A stretch of 64,000 nucleotides of DNA, from NCBI GenBank assembly GCA_036677065.1, contig JAKFBS010000011.1:96001-160000 (forward strand). Reading direction: 5' to 3'. Origin of the DNA: Bdellovibrio sp. (GTDB taxonomy: Bacteria; Bdellovibrionota; Bdellovibrionia; Bdellovibrionales; Bdellovibrionaceae). Below the pieces are notes generated by a model, which saw nothing but the letters and a program-made list of their open reading frames with translations, was not told where the DNA came from and searched no databases. How positions within the stretch are numbered: position 1 is the stretch's first letter; each line of letters opens with the position of its first letter. Below, piece by piece: positions 1 to 8,908 of the stretch. The position numbers and the translations under genes were made by a program.

Positions 1-8
1 AGTACAGA

Positions 9-344
9 TTATTTAAGGCAATTTTCAACGGATTTGATAATGATATCGGTCTGTTCAGCCAGCTTTTCGGCAAGGTCTTGACCCTTTTCCCCGCGCTTAC
101 GTAGCGAACTTGAAGCCGTTAACATGCTGTTTGACACGGTCTTATGGGCGCGCCCTGAAGACTCTTTTAAGGCGTCGGCGTATGAATCTAAGCTATCCGC
201 CACCATTTCATGGTTTTTAATTAGACTAGTCTGAACCGCTACCTGCGCAGCTTTCATTTCACGTAATTGGGATACGACTTGCGAACAATCGTTTGCAAAC
301 GCGAACATCGGACTCAACACTAAGAATAAAATCAGAGTTTTCAT
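9..344 (-). CDS. Small secreted coiled-coil hypothetical protein
   Basis: Signal peptide MKTLILFLVLSPMFAFA followed by a helical, heptad-rich body with two Cys. The second Met (344) is preferred because a sigma54 box sits at 357-373. Confidence 0.7.
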   Translation of the reverse strand: MKTLILFLVLSPMFAFANDCSQVVSQLREMKAAQVAVQTSLIKNHEMVADSLDSYADALKESSGRAHKTVSNSMLTASSSLRKRGEKGQDLAEKLAEQTDIIIKSVENCLK

Positions 345-356
345 GACTTCTAACAT

Positions 357-373
357 AGCAAAATAGTGTCCAA
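357..373 (-). promoter_or_regulatory. Putative sigma54 (-24/-12) promoter
   Basis: Minus strand reads TTGGACACTATTTTGCT (GG-N10-GC). It abuts the palindrome ACTCTAA-AGCG-TTAGAGT at 374-391. Confidence 0.6.
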
Positions 374-423
374 ACTCTAAAGCGTTAGAGTGGCTTATAA
401 TGGCTGTCAGGGCTTAAGAGCGG

Positions 424-1053
424 CTATCCTTTAATAAAATTTTCAAACTCGTCTCGAGTTTGACCACTTAAATAAGGCAGAAGCATACGCATGATATGGC
501 GACGGGCTTTTTCAAAAGCCTTCGTGCTTGGCACATCACCGCGATCAGAGGTTTCGAAAAATTGCATGAAGCTATTCGAGGAAACAAATAATAGTTCACC
601 AATGTATTCCATCTCGTATTTTGTTTGCATCGGCTGCATGTAACCTGATTTGACCCAGTGCTTGTACATAATGATCATCAGTAAACCTAATTTTTTCATG
701 TGCTGCTTCCACAATTTTGAAAGCTCGGGATCTCTTTTTCTTAGCGTGTAAATTTCGCGATGAAAAAATCTGTACTTCCAATACAGCTGCAAATTTTTTT
801 CTATAAACAGTTGTAAATGGATCTGCTGATTTTTCTTTGCCAGCTTGGTTTGCGGCTTCCACACCTCAGCAGTATCTGCAGATAATTTTTTAAAAATTTC
901 TCTGATAATTTGCTCTTTGTTTTTATAATGAAAATATAAATTTCCCGGGCTCATCTTAAGTTCTTTAGCAATATCATTTGTTGTAACGTCTGTTGCACCG
1001 TCTGTATTAAACAATCCTAAAGCGCCTATTAAAATTCTCTCTTTGGTCTTCAT
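424..1053 (-). CDS. TetR/AcrR family transcriptional regulator
   Basis: N-terminal HTH signature TKERIL..ALGLF...G...TTNDIAKELKMSPGNLYFHYKNKE. Confidence 0.93.
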   Translation of the reverse strand: MKTKERILIGALGLFNTDGATDVTTNDIAKELKMSPGNLYFHYKNKEQIIREIFKKLSADTAEVWKPQTKLAKKNQQIHLQLFIEKNLQLYWKYRFFHREIYTLRKRDPELSKLWKQHMKKLGLLMIIMYKHWVKSGYMQPMQTKYEMEYIGELLFVSSNSFMQFFETSDRGDVPSTKAFEKARRHIMRMLLPYLSGQTRDEFENFIKG

Positions 1054-1111
1054 ATAATCGCCCCTATTATTACTTTGGAAATATCTTTAACATTATGTTA
1101 AGATTATCACT

Positions 1112-2449
1112 ATGATTCAAGGAAGAATTAAAATCGCCAAATGGATTTTGGTGCCCACAGCAATAGTCGCATTAATCACTCTGTTTCTATTCAGAGATGA
1201 TTCTCTAAATACAGACGGTCCACACGAAAAAAGAACCGCACTAGGAACCACTTCTGAAGCTCGCAAGACTTTAGCAGACGCCTTAGGCCCACAACTTTGG
1301 AATAACCAATTACCAAAACAGCTCACTGTGGGAGACAAAGGTCTAGTCGATGTAAAATACACGATCGATAAAAGCCTGCAGGAGCAATCTGAAAAATTAC
1401 TGCTACGTTATAAACCAGATTACGGCGCTATCGTCATGATTGATGCAACGACTGGTAAAATTTTAGCGATGTCTAGTTATGTTAAAGGCCAACCAAAAGC
1501 AGAGAACTTAACTTTGCGCGCGTCTTTTCCGGCAGCCAGTATTTTTAAAATTATCACGGCTTCTACGGCTGTTGATCGTAGCGGTGTCGAGCCCGAAGAC
1601 AAAATCGGCTTCAACGGTGGTAACTACACACTTTATAAAAAGAATGTTTTATCTGATAAAGTAAATCGTTGGACTCGTTTTATTTCGCTGAAAGATGCTT
1701 TTGCCAGATCTATCAATACAGCGTTCGGTCGTTTAACTTTAGAAACACTTGATCCCCAAGATTTAGCAGAATATTCAAAACGTTTTATGTTTAACAAATT
1801 TATCCCGGCAGATTTTACGCTTGAACAAAGCCAAGCACAAATTCCTGAAGAAAAAGGGTTTGAACTAACGCAAGTGGCTTCGGGGTATAACCGCTTTAAT
1901 ACCATGAGCCCGGTTCACGGGGCGATGATTGCCGGTGCAATCATTAACGATGGCAAAATTGTGGCTCCTTATCTGATCGAAGAGATTTCGCAAGACCAAG
2001 AGATCATCTATAAAGGCGAAGGTTACGATATCGGCCAGGCAATCACTAAAGAATCAGCGGCCAAAGTTCGCGAGATGATGGAACAAACTGTATTAAAAGG
2101 AACTTCTCGTAAAACATTTCGCAAACTTGTTCAGGATAAAAAATACGGTGATGTTGAAATGGGTGGAAAAACCGGACACTTCTCTGGTTTAAATCCAAAA
2201 GGCACAAATGATTGGTTCGTGGGTTATGCTTCTGATGGTGATACTAAAGTTGCGATCGCTGCAATCACTGTAAATATACAAAAGTGGACAGTGAAATCTT
2301 CGGCCTTAGCCGAGATGATGTTTCGCGAACACTTTCGCCCAAGCCCAAGTTTAAAACCTGTGAATGAAAAATCTGTTAAAAACTCAGTTCGACCATCACG
2401 GGGCAATGGTCAGAGCCTCGTTGCTCGTGCAAAATCTGACAAGTTTTAA
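1112..2449 (+). CDS. Penicillin-binding protein, transpeptidase domain with N-terminal membrane anchor
   Basis: Motifs SxxK (ASIFK), SxN (RSIN) and KTG (GKTG), plus DWFVGYA. Confidence 0.9.
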   Translation: MIQGRIKIAKWILVPTAIVALITLFLFRDDSLNTDGPHEKRTALGTTSEARKTLADALGPQLWNNQLPKQLTVGDKGLVDVKYTIDKSLQEQSEKLLLRYKPDYGAIVMIDATTGKILAMSSYVKGQPKAENLTLRASFPAASIFKIITASTAVDRSGVEPEDKIGFNGGNYTLYKKNVLSDKVNRWTRFISLKDAFARSINTAFGRLTLETLDPQDLAEYSKRFMFNKFIPADFTLEQSQAQIPEEKGFELTQVASGYNRFNTMSPVHGAMIAGAIINDGKIVAPYLIEEISQDQEIIYKGEGYDIGQAITKESAAKVREMMEQTVLKGTSRKTFRKLVQDKKYGDVEMGGKTGHFSGLNPKGTNDWFVGYASDGDTKVAIAAITVNIQKWTVKSSALAEMMFREHFRPSPSLKPVNEKSVKNSVRPSRGNGQSLVARAKSDKF

Positions 2450-3149
2450 GATTTTTAACTAAGTTTTTAGTCACACAAACATAATCGATGCGCCAACCGT
2501 TATTATTCTCGCGCGCACCGTCTTTATAAGACCACCACGTATAGGCGCCTTTATTCTCTGGATAAAGGTGTCTAAAACAATCGACAAATCCTAAATCTAA
2601 AAATTCTGTGAACCACTTACGCTCTTCAGGTAAAAATCCTGATACTGTGCTTAGGGCTTTTGGAGCGTACACGTCGTATTCTAAGTGGGCCACGTTGTAA
2701 TCGCCAACTAACACGATATCGCGGCCACGTTTGATTTCGAATTGTAAATGCATTGCTAGGTCTTTTAGAAAGCTTTGTTTGAAACCGTGGCGCTCATCAC
2801 CTGAGCCACCATTTGGAAAATAAATATTATATAAATCAAAATGCTGGTGCTGCGTCCACACAATGCGGCCTTCGTTATCATAAGCTGGCTTATCTATCCC
2901 CTTGATCACGTTGATCGGGGTTTGGTTCATGAATGTGGCTACACCTGAATAACCTTTACGCTCTGCTGATGACCAGTATGAATTTTTATAACCTAAGGTT
3001 CTGATTTCTGGTTCGACTTGATCGATATGGGCTTTGGTTTCCTGTAAGCACAAAATATCAGGCTTTTGCATTTCAATAAAATTCGACAGTGTTTTTTCAT
3101 AACACGCACGCACGCCATTAACATTCCAGGTCACAATTCTTTGATCCAT
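2376..3149 (-). CDS. xth: Exodeoxyribonuclease III / AP endonuclease
   Basis: TWNVNG, LQETK, GDYNVAH, YTWWSY, GWRIDY and SDHCP motifs. Confidence 0.95.
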   Translation of the reverse strand: MDQRIVTWNVNGVRACYEKTLSNFIEMQKPDILCLQETKAHIDQVEPEIRTLGYKNSYWSSAERKGYSGVATFMNQTPINVIKGIDKPAYDNEGRIVWTQHQHFDLYNIYFPNGGSGDERHGFKQSFLKDLAMHLQFEIKRGRDIVLVGDYNVAHLEYDVYAPKALSTVSGFLPEERKWFTEFLDLGFVDCFRHLYPENKGAYTWWSYKDGARENNNGWRIDYVCVTKNLVKNLKTCQILHEQRGSDHCPVMVELSF

Positions 3150-3176
3150 ACAGGGAAGTAAGATACAGTACTTTGC

Positions 3177-4292
3177 ATGTCAGTCAAAGATAACTTTATT
3201 CAGCATCTACGCACGCAGTTTCCGGCCATCCCCGAAGAAACTATGACCAGCACTATCTCTGACCAATTAATCTGCCCACATCGCATTACGCTGCCTACGT
3301 CAGTTCTTACGAATTTAAAATCTGAAATCTCGCAATTATACGCCTTACGTTCTTGGTCAGAAAAAAACTTGGGCTCTACCTTTGATGCTATGGGTTTACC
3401 AAGAGCTAAGAATTTTAGCGTTTGCACAAGCTTTGATTTTCATCTTGTTGATGGCCATCAGCCAAAGTTGATCGAGATTAACACTAACGCTGCTTTTTTG
3501 GCGTTGGGGCTTACGCTTTATGATTTTTGGAAAGTTCAACCGCACACGGGGTTTACGGCTGCGAAGTTAATTGAAATGTTTCGCGAAGAAGCTCGTGTTT
3601 TGGGTTTACAAGATTTGTCGATGGCGATCATGGACGAAAAACCCGAAGTTCAGCGATTGTTCATCGAGTTCTTGGTTTATCAACAGTATTTTGCACAGGC
3701 TGGTATTGCGTGTTCGATTGTTGATTCCGCGAATGCTGGTGATTTGAAACCTGGAACATTGGTTTACAATCGTTACACTGATTTTTACTTGAAAGAACCC
3801 CAATCGGCGCAGATTAAAGCTATGTACAATGAAGGTAAGATTCATTTATCGCCTTCACCGTGGGAATATTTTTTACTTGGCGACAAACAAAGACTTTCTG
3901 ACTGGCAAAAACAAACTGAACTTCCGATTCCTGCTAGTTTGTTGAAGATTTATGATTTAGCCGAAGCTGATAAAGAACAAATTTGGAATGAAAGAAAAAA
4001 ACTTTTCTTTAAACCGAAAGCTTCGTTTGGCAGTAAGCAAGCTTACAATGGCGCATCTGTTAGTAAAAGAATTTTTGAAGAAGCTTTTCTTCAGGGTTTC
4101 GTTGCGCAAGAATATGCTCCGCCTGCAGAAGTTGATGTTTTACAAGATGGTGCGAATCTTCGTATGAAGTATGATCTTCGTTGTTATACGTATAAGGATG
4201 AATTGCAGTTAGTGATTGCTCGTCTTTATCAAGGCCAGACTACGAATTTGAAAACCACTGGTGGTGGTTTTGCGATTGTTGATTTTATTTAA
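3177..4292 (+). CDS. Circularly permuted ATP-grasp / glutathione synthetase-like ligase
   Basis: DFHL...KLIEINTN, VYNR, FFKP..SFGS, VAQEY, DLR and TN...GGG motifs. Confidence 0.65.
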   Translation: MSVKDNFIQHLRTQFPAIPEETMTSTISDQLICPHRITLPTSVLTNLKSEISQLYALRSWSEKNLGSTFDAMGLPRAKNFSVCTSFDFHLVDGHQPKLIEINTNAAFLALGLTLYDFWKVQPHTGFTAAKLIEMFREEARVLGLQDLSMAIMDEKPEVQRLFIEFLVYQQYFAQAGIACSIVDSANAGDLKPGTLVYNRYTDFYLKEPQSAQIKAMYNEGKIHLSPSPWEYFLLGDKQRLSDWQKQTELPIPASLLKIYDLAEADKEQIWNERKKLFFKPKASFGSKQAYNGASVSKRIFEEAFLQGFVAQEYAPPAEVDVLQDGANLRMKYDLRCYTYKDELQLVIARLYQGQTTNLKTTGGGFAIVDFI

Positions 4293-4293
4293 A

Positions 4294-4788
4294 CTAAACC
4301 ATTGTAGTAAATCGGCCTTTCCACTTTTTGTAAATAAAAATAAAATATTTCCATTGAAAATAATTTAGAATTATCGCGAGTGGCATAAAGGTCAGATTTT
4401 CGTAAATTTGATTATTAATTTCCAAAAAAGAATATACATACCCTAGCAAAACACCAACTGGGAAAGTCAAAAACATAGTTACCAAAAATGTACTAATGCC
4501 TCCTTCGCCACTAAATCCCCAATTGAAAACTATCAAAAATGAAACAATTCCAGCTGCGACAAAATAACACTTAGCACTTTTCGACATAGTACGAAACCAA
4601 ACAAAGAATAAACATAAAAGATTTGTTAAAATAAAAATAAATATTTTTTCAGCTAAAGACGCTGTTTTAAAACTAGATGTCACAAGGAAAGATACGACAA
4701 AAAATGAGCTTAGTAATTGTGCCTTTGTCATTTTTTTCTTGATGAACGAGTTAGAATTTTTTGGTTGTTCCATAACTAAGGATAACAA
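4294..4788 (-). CDS. Low-GC hypothetical multi-pass membrane protein
   Basis: Open frame with about 5 hydrophobic segments; start uncertain (4788, 4773 or later). Confidence 0.55.
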   Translation of the reverse strand: MLSLVMEQPKNSNSFIKKKMTKAQLLSSFFVVSFLVTSSFKTASLAEKIFIFILTNLLCLFFVWFRTMSKSAKCYFVAAGIVSFLIVFNWGFSGEGGISTFLVTMFLTFPVGVLLGYVYSFLEINNQIYENLTFMPLAIILNYFQWKYFIFIYKKWKGRFTTMV

Positions 4789-4837
4789 ACCAAACTTAAA
4801 ATTTAAATACTTTTCTATTTATAAGAATTAGGTCTAG

Positions 4838-5893
4838 TTACTGCGCTAACAAAAGATAATCGTTAATAACCTGATACGACTCTTTCAATGACTGTAGCAA
4901 TACTGACTCAATCGCAGGGATTGTACCCAACTCTTGTAAATACAACGCTTGCTCTGTCACAACATACTTCTGCCATACGAAGCGGGTTGGAAAATGCGCT
5001 AAATTCGGATAATTAAAATGTTTGATCGAGTATCTATTAAAACTATCAATCTTTCTTCCACCAGGACCAGCAAGTTCAGCTTTTGCTAAACCGTTAAATA
5101 ATCCTAAGGCACTTGCTGTTTGTGCATCTAAGCCAGCGTACAACTGTGGTTGCAAGATATTATGTTGTTCGACATAGATTAGTTTTTTATTCGCGTCTAA
5201 ATAACGACCATTCTCCATATCATTCCACACAGCCAAAAATCTTTCGTAGTGGCCAGCTAATGATGGCGTATCTTTCTGAAGTCTTTTATTCAAAGACATG
5301 ATTTCATCATATCCACAAACTGTGTACGCTAAATGCTGCCAGTAGATATCTGAATAAACTTTCCAGTTGCCTTGTGCTGTTTGTGTTTTAATTTTGTCGA
5401 TGTTGGCTAATAGTAATGCCGGAATTAACGGAACATCTTTGTGTAATGATTCAAGCCTTCTGAAAATCTGGCGTTGGCGTGAGCCTAACGGATATTGATC
5501 GGCTAACCCTGCTTGAAGCGCGTGGCCCACTGTAACTGAAGCTTGCGAACCTGCACCGATCCAGATGTATTTCACTGTTGGTGTTTTTGTGTTTTGTAAT
5601 TTTAATGAGTGCGTGAACAAACGGTTGTAGGCTGCGCTGATTAAAAGATTTCTTATGACCATCACTTCGTCTGCGTTTAAGTCTGGAATTTTATTTTGTA
5701 GTGGTTTCACCGAAATCATTTGCTGAGCGATCGCCATCCATGTGTATGGGTTGTGGCTTGCGCAGTGTTGTTTCATGTTATCTGTTTCTAATGGCCAGTA
5801 CTGGCTTAAGGTTGAATCGTAAGTTGGGTAATTAGCAAAACTTGCGCTTGAAAATGAAAAGATAAATAACAGTAAAAAGATTGGGGTTTTCAT
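4838..5893 (-). CDS. Secreted hypothetical protein, possibly DUF2515-like
   Basis: Signal peptide (SASFA). RN..IS.AY, W...G..AS and GN..VYSDIYWQHLAY resemble DUF2515-type segments. Confidence 0.6.
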   Translation of the reverse strand: MKTPIFLLLFIFSFSSASFANYPTYDSTLSQYWPLETDNMKQHCASHNPYTWMAIAQQMISVKPLQNKIPDLNADEVMVIRNLLISAAYNRLFTHSLKLQNTKTPTVKYIWIGAGSQASVTVGHALQAGLADQYPLGSRQRQIFRRLESLHKDVPLIPALLLANIDKIKTQTAQGNWKVYSDIYWQHLAYTVCGYDEIMSLNKRLQKDTPSLAGHYERFLAVWNDMENGRYLDANKKLIYVEQHNILQPQLYAGLDAQTASALGLFNGLAKAELAGPGGRKIDSFNRYSIKHFNYPNLAHFPTRFVWQKYVVTEQALYLQELGTIPAIESVLLQSLKESYQVINDYLLLAQ

Positions 5894-6103
5894 AGAGTCA
5901 CTTTCTCATAAATGAGAGCCAATATCTAAATTTTCAGACCTGGTTGCAAGACTTACTTAAGCGTCTAAACCTTAAACATTGTTTACTCTGGTAAATGCAC
6001 TGTCTAAGCGGTTAACATGGCTTTCAAAAAGAGTCTTTCTCTGCAGATTTTCTTACTTGTTCGCTCCCCAGATTCACTCTAGCGGCCTTATATCCCAATA
6101 CCT

Positions 6104-6120
6104 CTGGCCTTTGCCTTGCT
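6104..6120 (+). promoter_or_regulatory. Putative sigma54 promoter
   Basis: CTGGCCTTTGCCTTGCT (GG-N10-GC), about 25 nt before the ATG at 6145, with a GAGGT RBS in between. Confidence 0.6.
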
Positions 6121-6144
6121 CCGCTAAAACCTATCGAGGTATGC

Positions 6145-7242
6145 ATGAACTCTTCAATTAAATCTGTCTTAACATTTCTTTGTGGATTAATGGTGGTTAT
6201 CGCTCAGGCGAAGGCCCAAACCCTTGCCGGGGTTTTACCTGAAGTTAAAGCGCCGATCCCGCTTTTTGCAGAAGACAGCACTTTACGTTTAGAGCTTGTG
6301 GCTGATTTTAATAAACTTTTGCATCTACCCGATAAAGATACGAACACTAAAGTTCCTGCTAAGTTAATTTATTTTACTGATTCTGAACAGGCTCAAGAAA
6401 TTAACGTTAAGCTGAGCACACGTGGTAAATCGAAACAAATATTTTGCAGCGGCTTTCGCCCCATTAGAATTTATTTTGATACATTACAAACTGATTTAAC
6501 ACTGACTCCGTTTAAAGGAATCTCTGACGATCTTAAAATCGCAACTCATTGTGAAGGCTTAGGGGTTATCAAAGATACAGATGCAAATGTACAACGTATT
6601 CTTCGCGAGCAAACGGCTTATAAAATGCTTGAAGCCCTTGGGTTTGCGTCGTTAAAAACTCGCTCAGCTCGAATTACTTATAAAAACCTGGATGGAACTG
6701 TAGTTGCCGAAGCCCTTGCTTTTTTACTTGAGCCTAAATCAAATATGGCTAAACGCTATGGCCTTAAACATCTTAAAAAACATCAGGCTGATATTATCTT
6801 TGCACCAGAACCAATCAATAAGATTCCGTTTTCAATATCGACGCGTTTTCTTATGCACACTGATGTTGATCATGGCGGAGAACACAATACCATCCTGCTT
6901 GTGCGCGAAGGTGAAACAAAAGCTGTGACTATGGTGCCTTATGATTTTGATCTGACTGGAATGGTTCTGGATTCTCAATATAAAGGCTCTGCATGGGCCC
7001 ATAAGCCTTGGACGCTGGAGCTTTGGGGTGATGATGGCGACTGGTTCAAGAAATGGGTCGGCGCAGAATATACAAGTGATGAATACCGCAACCAAGCTTA
7101 CGCGGCTACAAACTATGCCCTATCTCACAAAGAAGCTGTGCAACAAGTAATTGATGCTAGCCCGGTCATCGACAAGAGCCGTATTCAAGAGCGCACGAAT
7201 GCTTTTTTCTCAGGAATTGAACGCGTTATTAACGAGAAATAA
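6145..7242 (+). CDS. Secreted CotH-kinase-like protein
   Basis: Signal peptide (AKA). TRGKS, LREQTAYKMLEALG, HTD...HN and VPYDFD parallel CotH-family kinase motifs. Confidence 0.55.
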   Translation: MNSSIKSVLTFLCGLMVVIAQAKAQTLAGVLPEVKAPIPLFAEDSTLRLELVADFNKLLHLPDKDTNTKVPAKLIYFTDSEQAQEINVKLSTRGKSKQIFCSGFRPIRIYFDTLQTDLTLTPFKGISDDLKIATHCEGLGVIKDTDANVQRILREQTAYKMLEALGFASLKTRSARITYKNLDGTVVAEALAFLLEPKSNMAKRYGLKHLKKHQADIIFAPEPINKIPFSISTRFLMHTDVDHGGEHNTILLVREGETKAVTMVPYDFDLTGMVLDSQYKGSAWAHKPWTLELWGDDGDWFKKWVGAEYTSDEYRNQAYAATNYALSHKEAVQQVIDASPVIDKSRIQERTNAFFSGIERVINEK

Positions 7243-7243
7243 T

Positions 7244-7897
7244 TTATTTAAAGGCAGGATTTCTAAATGCGCGAATACATTCGCGCACGCCTTTGGTTAA
7301 CGAAGTGTCTTCTTCTAACTTCCAAGGCTCTTTTGTCCAACGCGGGCTGTGTTTATACAAAAAGTAATTCACAGTGTCTGTTCCCTTAGTTTTATTTGAT
7401 AGCGCTGAATATGTTTGGCTGTAGGCTTTGTTCCACAGAGCTGAATCGCTTGGGCATAAAAAATCTTTGTAATTAGATTCGTCATAGATATTCAAAGATG
7501 ATGCAAATTGATCACGTTGAAAAATAACTGATTGCACATCGCCTTTGCGGATTTTTACGCGATTGGCGATCACTTCTGCGATCACTGGAACGATTTGGCT
7601 ATTCATTTTTTCACAGTTTGTGGCTTTTGTTTCGGCGTACACAAGACGTGCTGCTAATTCGATATCAGAATCGCTATTCAATACTTTTTTATAACCAACA
7701 TACTTATTTGACGTTTTACTATTGGCTTTGATTGTTGCCTTGATACCATCGATTTTAGCAGGATCGTTAATACAATTCGGAAGTTTTGCACCGACTGATT
7801 GTTTTGCAGCCGCTTGGCCATTCGAGCCACCGACTTCGCTGGCAAAAACATTTGTTGTAAGTACTGTGATACTAATAAGCGCGGCTAACTTCTTCAT
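7244..7897 (-). CDS. Cell wall hydrolase, SleB/Hydrolase_2 family (secreted)
   Basis: LAARLVYAE (catalytic Glu), IAEVIANRV, VIFQ..QF; signal peptide. Confidence 0.8.
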   Translation of the reverse strand: MKKLAALISITVLTTNVFASEVGGSNGQAAAKQSVGAKLPNCINDPAKIDGIKATIKANSKTSNKYVGYKKVLNSDSDIELAARLVYAETKATNCEKMNSQIVPVIAEVIANRVKIRKGDVQSVIFQRDQFASSLNIYDESNYKDFLCPSDSALWNKAYSQTYSALSNKTKGTDTVNYFLYKHSPRWTKEPWKLEEDTSLTKGVRECIRAFRNPAFK

Positions 7898-7908
7898 AGC
7901 TTATGCTA

Positions 7909-8814
7909 TCAATTTAAATAGCGATTCGGAAGAGCTAAAATATTAAAACCAGCCATAGTTTCTTTACTTAACATGACTCGACTAATGTAGTTAATTAGAG
8001 GCTCTTTTTTAACTCCCATATAGCTGTCGCTGCCGTCACGGCCCATACCGTTGCTTGCGTGCACCATATAAAGAACGCCATTTTCACGAATTAAAAAACC
8101 TTGGTGCGATACATCCAATCGCGTGCCTGCCACTTTAGTTAAATCCCAGTTAGGGCGAACCAGATTAAAAATACTGCCTGACGGAATGCGATTTATTAGG
8201 TCTGGCTTGCTGACCAGATCTTCTTTACTGATATACGGCAACTGCGCCAGTTGGCGGTCAAAGTTTTTGCTCATTTCAACGTAGTTATCACCTTTTTTTG
8301 CAAACCAATTGGCTTTATCAATCCATGTTTGCGACCAGCGCGTGTGATGACCTGCAATCGCTCCCGTGATGTCTTTTACAAAACCTAGTTCGCTGTTATT
8401 TGGAATCCAATCAATACTGGTAAAGTGATTGCGATTTTCGTAATCAACCGCTGCATCTTTATACCTGATTTGATTAATGCGCTCTTGAAACTGTTGCGGC
8501 GTCGTTGAAAACGATAACGCCATCACGGTTTCAACAAACGTCGTACAGTCAAAACCATCAAAACGATATAACGGCGCTTTTGAAACCTCGCCATTTGGGC
8601 CTTCACCTAAAGGATCAGCCACATAGGGAGTTTTATTATGCAAAAAAATATCTGCGTAATAGATCGCACGCTCGCGCACGTTAAGTTTTTTTACTGATTT
8701 GATCTGCAGCAAAGCTTCTAGCGTTGGCGCATCGGTAAAGGCCGCTTGCGCGAAATTAGCGCTGGCTAGCACCACTAAAGCGATCACTAAAATTGAGCGT
8801 AATAATAAGTTCAT
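7909..8814 (-). CDS. DUF1460 (NlpC/P60-clan) N-acetylmuramoyl-L-alanine amidase-like protein
   Basis: FDCTTFVE (Cys), RNHF..DW, LDVSHQG (His), VHAS; signal peptide from the Met at 8814. Confidence 0.85.
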   Translation of the reverse strand: MNLLLRSILVIALVVLASANFAQAAFTDAPTLEALLQIKSVKKLNVRERAIYYADIFLHNKTPYVADPLGEGPNGEVSKAPLYRFDGFDCTTFVETVMALSFSTTPQQFQERINQIRYKDAAVDYENRNHFTSIDWIPNNSELGFVKDITGAIAGHHTRWSQTWIDKANWFAKKGDNYVEMSKNFDRQLAQLPYISKEDLVSKPDLINRIPSGSIFNLVRPNWDLTKVAGTRLDVSHQGFLIRENGVLYMVHASNGMGRDGSDSYMGVKKEPLINYISRVMLSKETMAGFNILALPNRYLN

Positions 8815-8908
8815 CACAAGTGTGAAAACTAGCAATATTGGCTCTCAAATCAGAGCCAATTAGAATGGGTTTAAGGTGCTTACTATGTCTAGGATTTTGA
8901 CAGCAGCC

